DNA of 50,694 nt, taken from positions 1 through 50,694 of the forward strand of contig JTLS01000016.1 in assembly GCA_000826855.1 (NCBI GenBank), written 5' to 3'. The notes under the pieces are model-generated. The model was not told where the DNA came from, searched no databases, and was given only the letters and a program-made list of their open reading frames with translations. How positions within the stretch are numbered: the stretch's first letter is position 1; each line of letters starts with the position of its first letter. The stretch comes from Basidioascus undulatus. Taxonomy: Eukaryota. Shown here in pieces: positions 44,901 to 50,694 of the stretch. The translations under genes and the position numbers were made by a program.

Positions 44901-47900
44901 CATGGCCGAGCTGGACAAGGCTCTGAGTCAGCTCCGCAAAGCTCGCGATGACGAGATCGCTTCCCAAGTCCTCCACGATGAGGCGCAAGCTCTTCGTGAC
45001 ATCCAGGACGCTCCGAGCCGGATCCCCAGTCCGAACCTCGCCAGCCCGAGACTCGTCGCCCAGAACCTCTCTCGGTCTCAATCGCCACAGGCCTCCGACT
45101 CCCCTTCCCACCTCCCGCCCACATCACTCTCCCTCTCGTCCCCTTTCTCCCTCGCCGAAGACCACCGCTCCCTGCGCTCCGGCGCAGAGTCTATAAGCTC
45201 GGAGGCGCCGTCCGCTTCGCCCACGGAGCACGAGCGACTCGCGCTGCTGCCGGAATCGCTGGCAGCCCCGATACCTCTGCGCACGTCAGTTGCGCAGCGG
45301 CCGTTCGTGCTGCGGAAGCCCGAAGACGTTGCGCGCGAAAGTGCGCTCGAGAGGCTGCAGGCGGCGTTTGACGCGCAGCTGCGGGTGTGGGAGGAAGAGG
45401 TACTGCACGGCAGCTTCGTTGATCGGCTCCAGCCCGCCAACCATCAGAATCTCGTCGTTCTCGAATCTCGCATCGCGTCCAAGCCCGGCGAGCCGACGGC
45501 ATACTGCATTCATCCGCGCCACCGAACGATCGCATACTACGGCCAGGGGGACGAAGTGCGTCTTTTACTTTGCGTTCATATCAGAATCCTGCTAACGGCT
45601 ATCCTATTCAGACTCTCGGGCAGTTCATCGAGCGCACGATAACCGACGCGCAGCTGCCGCCCAGCTCGGGCAATATCAAGGGCGAGCGTCCTCTTCAATC
45701 GTGCTCGAGCAAGACCTGCGGCGGCCGCCCGCACGTCCATCACGTCCTCGTCTACGTCCATAACGACGCCCGAGTGCAGATCATCCTCGAGCATTACGAA
45801 CACTCCACCGTCGGCGACCGTATCTGGACTTGGAGTTACTGCAAGGTCTGCGGCACATCAACGCCCATGTCGCCCATGTCGGAGGACACGTGGAAGTGTA
45901 CGCCGCAAATTACCTGCTCCTCTCCGCCGGCTCAGTCGTGCTCATTATGTCCACTCGCTCAGACTCGTTCGGCAAGTATCTCGAACTTTGCTTCTACGCC
46001 GCGGACGTCCAGACCCTCGCCAACGGCTGTTCGCACAACCCGCAACGCGACCACATCCGCTACTTCGCGTGGCACGGCTTCGTCGTCCGCTTCATCGCCG
46101 AGCGCGTCTCGATCGGCCAGGTCATCATGCCGCAGCGCAAGATCGACACGCGTCGCGAGGATTTCGTCGCGCTCAAGAACGCCGCGTACAACGAGATCGT
46201 GGCTCGCTCGACGACATACTGGGACTCGGTCCTCCGCCGTATTCGCTCGTACAATCCGGACGCGGCGATCGTCGGCAAGAGCGAGGCGCTGCGCCTTCTC
46301 ATCTCGGATCTCCTCTCGCGCTGCGCAGCCGACCGCAAGCTCCACGCCGAGCGCCTCAACAGGGCTTACGGCGAGACGCCGGAGGACGACTCCTTGTCGC
46401 TCAACGGGTACCGCCGCGAATTCCAGACCGCTGTACTGCAGTGGGACGGCTATCTGGCCGAGCTCGAGGCGTACATGCCGTCGGATAAGGACCTCCGGCG
46501 CGTTACGAGCAACTTCTCCGGCATGTTTTCGACCGCGACCAGCCATTCGCAGTCGACGGACCGCTCCATCCCCTCGTTCCGACCGCCCACCGATGAGAAA
46601 TCGGACGCAGCCGTCAGCCCGCGCCTCGACGCTGCCGCCGCAGCGCTACCGCCGTCCGAGATGTCAGACGCGTTCTCGACCCACGCGTCCGAAGGCAGCA
46701 CGATCATCGCTCCGTCTGACACGGCGGCTCAACGAGACGTTCCGACCGCACCCGCACTACTCCCTCCGCCCGCCGTCCCTCTCGATTCTCAGGACGATGC
46801 GACGGCCTCCCCCGGTCCCAGTCCTCGACTTATCGTCCGTCCGCACCCGCGCGCACCGTCTCAGCACGAGCACGAGCTGTCGGCGTCAAGCGCGGTTGAA
46901 GAGGAGTTGACGCATAGCGTCCCGCTCACCGCAGGAAAGACGCGCTCGTCGCCGCCGCGCGTAGATCCGCGGTCCGACCAAGATCGCGAGACGGGCACGA
47001 GCGGCGTCGATAGCGATTTAGCGAGCTTCGCGTCCAAGCTACCGGGCCGTGCTCGCGGGGGCGTGGCCGAGATGGTCAAGCGGTTCGACTCGCCGCACCA
47101 GCGCATCTTCCCGTCGACGGCTCAGCCCTCGCACGACGACCAACATTCCGACGCCGATCGGGACGCTTCTCCAAGCGCGCCGCGGCCGCGCATGCGACGG
47201 GGACGCACCGAAGAGCTCGTTCGCGGTTCGCGCGAACGTGACCTTCTCGGCGAGGATCTCACATCCGATAACGACAGAGATCTCACCGTCAAGGCCGTCG
47301 CTCGTCATCGCGCGCTTCGCTCAACGGCTAGCGGCTCGCTTATTGGCGGGCGCGCACGCGACGCTCAGTCGACCGTCAAAGGACGCCGCTCGCCTTCACC
47401 GAGCAAGCTCTCAGGCAGCGCGTCCCAACCGCGACGCGCGATCTCGCGTCCGCCTGCCGCTCGCGGGAGTCAGACCCCATCCTCATCGCGTCTATCCCTG
47501 GGCGCGTCACCCTCTTCCACTGCAACGCCGCCGTCGTCTTTCGCAAAGCCCGCAGCCAAAGGCAAGGGCGTGCCGCGTATCGTCACGAGCCGCACTCCCG
47601 GCCCAGCTCGCCGCATCGCCGGCGTGCCTCCCAACAAGGTCTCGACCATGACTCGCCATTGGGAAAGCGTACGACGCGATGCGGAAAAGGACCGTGTCCG
47701 CCGAAACGCGCTCATGCGCAATCGCCGCGCACGGCCGATCGCCACAACCCAGGCGAAGGTCGAAGTCTTCACAGACTTCCGCGAAGCCGTCAAGGACGAT
47801 TCAAGCGACGAGAGCGAACACTCGTCGCACGCCGACGACGAGTTCGACGGCGATGGCGAGATCGAAGAGCTCGACGTCCAAGGCTCGTTGCGGCACACTC

Positions 47901-50228
47901 GCAAGAGCTTCGACGAGACGGGCGAGTACGACGACGGCAGGGACGAGGCAGCGGACGCGGCAGCGGACGCGGGCCGCCAGCATTTCACGGTCCCGCCAAC
48001 CCACTCGGCTGCCGAATCCACACGGGCGCCGCCAACGCCGTCTAGCCCGCTACCACCGGTCGAAGAGTATCCAGCTCTCGATCTCACTCCAGCCCTGGCC
48101 GGCGGCTCGAACGCGTCCGTGCCGCCGTCGCCCTTGCTCCCCGGCTCCCCCTACCAAGGCGAGGGCGCGTTCACCGCTCGGCCTTCCTATCCTCCCGCTC
48201 CGTCCTCCGAGAGCGACCTCGGCTCCAGCGTGACGCGCAACACTTCGATCCTCAAGAGTCTCGCAGGCCTCTTCTACGGCGATCGCATCTCTCCTCTTGA
48301 CTACCCCTTGTATGCACGCCTATGCTTTTAAGAAAGGTTCTTTCTGAGCTAACCTAGTGTTGCAGAACTTCCTACGAGCATCTTTCCGTCGACTCGGACG
48401 TGATCGTACGGGAGGACGAGCCGTCCAGTTTGATAGCGTTCACGCTCACGTGCGTATCAACTCTGCTTGCTTGTCGACGTCAACTCAAGCTTTCTTTATC
48501 ATTTAGTCATCCTCGCTATACCGAAGCTCTCGCGCTCAAGAGAAAGCAGGTCAAGGTTACTGTTGACCGTCACGAGGTCTTCATGCCGGACGAGCCGCAC
48601 GGCAAGGACGTTAGCGGAACGTGGGGCATGATCGACCTCGAGGAGCCTCCGCCTCCTTCGGAGCTGCCTGCTTCTTTCAACGGCGCCGACAACGCCAATC
48701 CGCTTTTATCCGCTGGGCAGAACCACTTCAAATTCGGTAGGTTGCTTCCCCCTTCTTGCCCGTCCCGCCCGTCGTTCTTTGAAGCTGATAGCTCAGTGTA
48801 TACCTCAGACTTCAACGTCGGCCCCGCAACGCTGACGTGCCGCGTCTTTTACGCGCAGCAGTTCGACGAGCTGCGCAGAATGTGCGGGGTGCACGAAACG
48901 TTCGCTGAGAGCCTAGCCCGCTGCGTGAAGTGGGAGGCGACGGGCGGCAAATCGGGAGCTGGGATGTTGATGACGCAAGGTACGCTGCTGTCATCTATGC
49001 TTTTCGTCCGCTGTTGATGCTCACTCTCGCTGCTTGTTGCCATATCCAGATCGACGCTTCATGCTGAAAGAGGCGGGGACGAAGGAGACGGACGCCTTCC
49101 TGCGCTTCGCGCACGAGTATTTCAAGTACATGTACGACGCCCAAACGGTAAGCATTCCGGTACAATTTCCTCCGCGGCGCGAGAACGGCTGAAGTCACAT
49201 GTTTCCAGCGTCCGAGCGCGCTTGCTCGCATCTTGGGATTCTTCCGTATCAGCTTCAAAAATCCCACGACGGGTCGATCTTATCGTTTGAATCTACTGGC
49301 TATGGAGCATCTGTACGATATTCCTATTTCCCAGAGTGCTCAGTCATCTCACATCCGCATCAACGCCGCTTTCAGCTTCTACCAGCAACCGATCTCACAG
49401 GTCACTTTGATTGTGCTGAGCAGCTTTCTGTCCCAAAGATGCTGACGAATTGTCTGCTGGGCTTGCAGAAGTTCGATTTGAAGGGCTCGATGCGGAATCG
49501 GCTGATTGAAACCAAAGGCCGAGACAACGAGGTTCTACTTGATGAGAATCTTGTCATCCGTTCGTGGCACCCTGTTCTGTCCCTACCCTTTTACTTTGGC
49601 AACAGCTTAGTGTCCTTACATTGCGTGGCTAAGGTGCATTCGAGGACCCACTCTACGTCCGCGAGCGGGACAAGAAGACCTTGCAGGAAGCACTGCTGAA
49701 TGATTCACGGTTCTTGTCATCACTCAACGTCATGGATGTGCGCGATGCTTTTTTTCTTCTCTTTGCAAAGGCTTCGTCATTGACAATGGGTGGCATCCAA
49801 TAGTACTCGCTTGTAGTGGGTATCACCGACTGCAATGAGCTCGTAGTCGGTATCATAGGTAATCAGTTGGCGATGCTTTTCGCGATTGAACCTTGCTGAC
49901 CATATGTACTAGACTTCATTCGCACCTACACTCTTGACAAGCGCCTCGAGAATTGGGTCAAAGAAGTCTCGCCAGCGATTCTGGGACGTTCAAGGTATGT
50001 GTCTTCACATGCCCTGCCTGTCCTTTCAATGACTCACATTCACACTCCTTTGTAGTGTGGAACCAACGGTGGTCACACCCAAGCTGTACCAGCAACGCTT
50101 TGAGGTTGCCATGGACCGTTACTTCCCGCTGGTACGCTCATTATCACTGCGCTTATTTTGTTGAATATGCTAACAGTGATTGTGTGCAGGTCCCTGACCA
50201 TTGGATACCTGCTGCTCCAAAAACCTAA
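41917..50228 (+). CDS. FAB1: Fab1/PIKfyve phosphatidylinositol 3-phosphate 5-kinase
   Basis: FYVE domain (YWQDD...WRRKHHCRICG...FCSRC), chaperonin-like domain (YVKVKKIPGG...TKNLAHKHM), WSYCKVC...SFGKYLEL, VIVREDEPSSLIAFTL, kinase GGKSG...FDLKGS...MDYSL...DFIRTY. Confidence 0.96.
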
Positions 50229-50694
50229 TAGACCTTCTGACAAAATTGCCTTGCCTTGCCTGCCTGCCTGATCTGTTTCATGAAGGGTTTTCTGTTTCAT
50301 CCTCTCGAGCTAGACCTGCATTACTTCACACTTTTGTTTGCATTATACTCTGTCATGGATATGGTGGTGTCTCCATGCTGCTTGTGGCCGTGACGTAATG
50401 ACAACACTCTGTGTTGGTGTGAGTGAGCCAGCCAGGCTACTGTCACGGTTGGCTGAAGGTTGGTAAAATAGGGTGATGAGTAGGTCCTTTGGCTGATGGG
50501 AAAGCTACCTAAAGTGCAAGCCTCTTTGTGGAAGAACAGAGCGCCAGAAACTTTGCAACAGGCTGCCCAAGCCTGCTGGGCAGGAGGAGCTTTCCAGCGG
50601 GGGTCCTTGTCAGGACTTGACTGGGTAAGACAGACCGCAGCGGGGACTACCAGCAGGGTTGGTGTCAAGATGCAAGATGGATGAAGAAAGGGCT

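Noticed and set aside
1..50694. tRNA, rRNA, spliceosomal snRNA, CRISPR array, intact transposase or reverse transcriptase
   Set aside because: GTTCGA hits lack cloverleaf context; no snRNA signatures, spaced repeats or TE catalytic motifs were recognised by eye.

Overview
Intron-rich, GC-rich fungal genomic DNA, most likely a basidiomycete (short introns with GTGCGT/GTAAGY donors, a DUF6533-like gene). The six-frame ORFs are mostly exon fragments, so genes were rebuilt by hand from splice signals; family names come from recognised motifs, not database searches. Order: Ecdysoneless/SGT1-family gene (5' end outside the window) running abruptly into the 3' end of an ASA1/GNB1L-like WD40 gene (+); Alb1/Ecm1-like small protein (-); cytosolic LeuRS (+); a lower-GC accessory block (about 7.7-24.4 kb) with a decayed ORF, a small orphan gene, an F-box pseudogene and a trio of DUF6533-like membrane protein (-), FAD monooxygenase (+) and atypical sugar-porter (+); a DUF155/Rmd8-like gene whose 3' half is replaced in frame by the 3' end of an Afi1/MesA-like gene (+); PWP1 (+); CHL1 (-); HCNGP/SAP30BP (+); CWC23 (-); mitochondrial AsnRS (+); FAB1/PIKfyve (+). 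The most unusual signal is two gene-to-gene chimeric junctions (near 1405 and 25863). Collapsed assembly gaps are the simplest explanation, but real deletion-fusions cannot be excluded from sequence alone. No tRNA, rRNA, CRISPR array or intact transposon was recognised.
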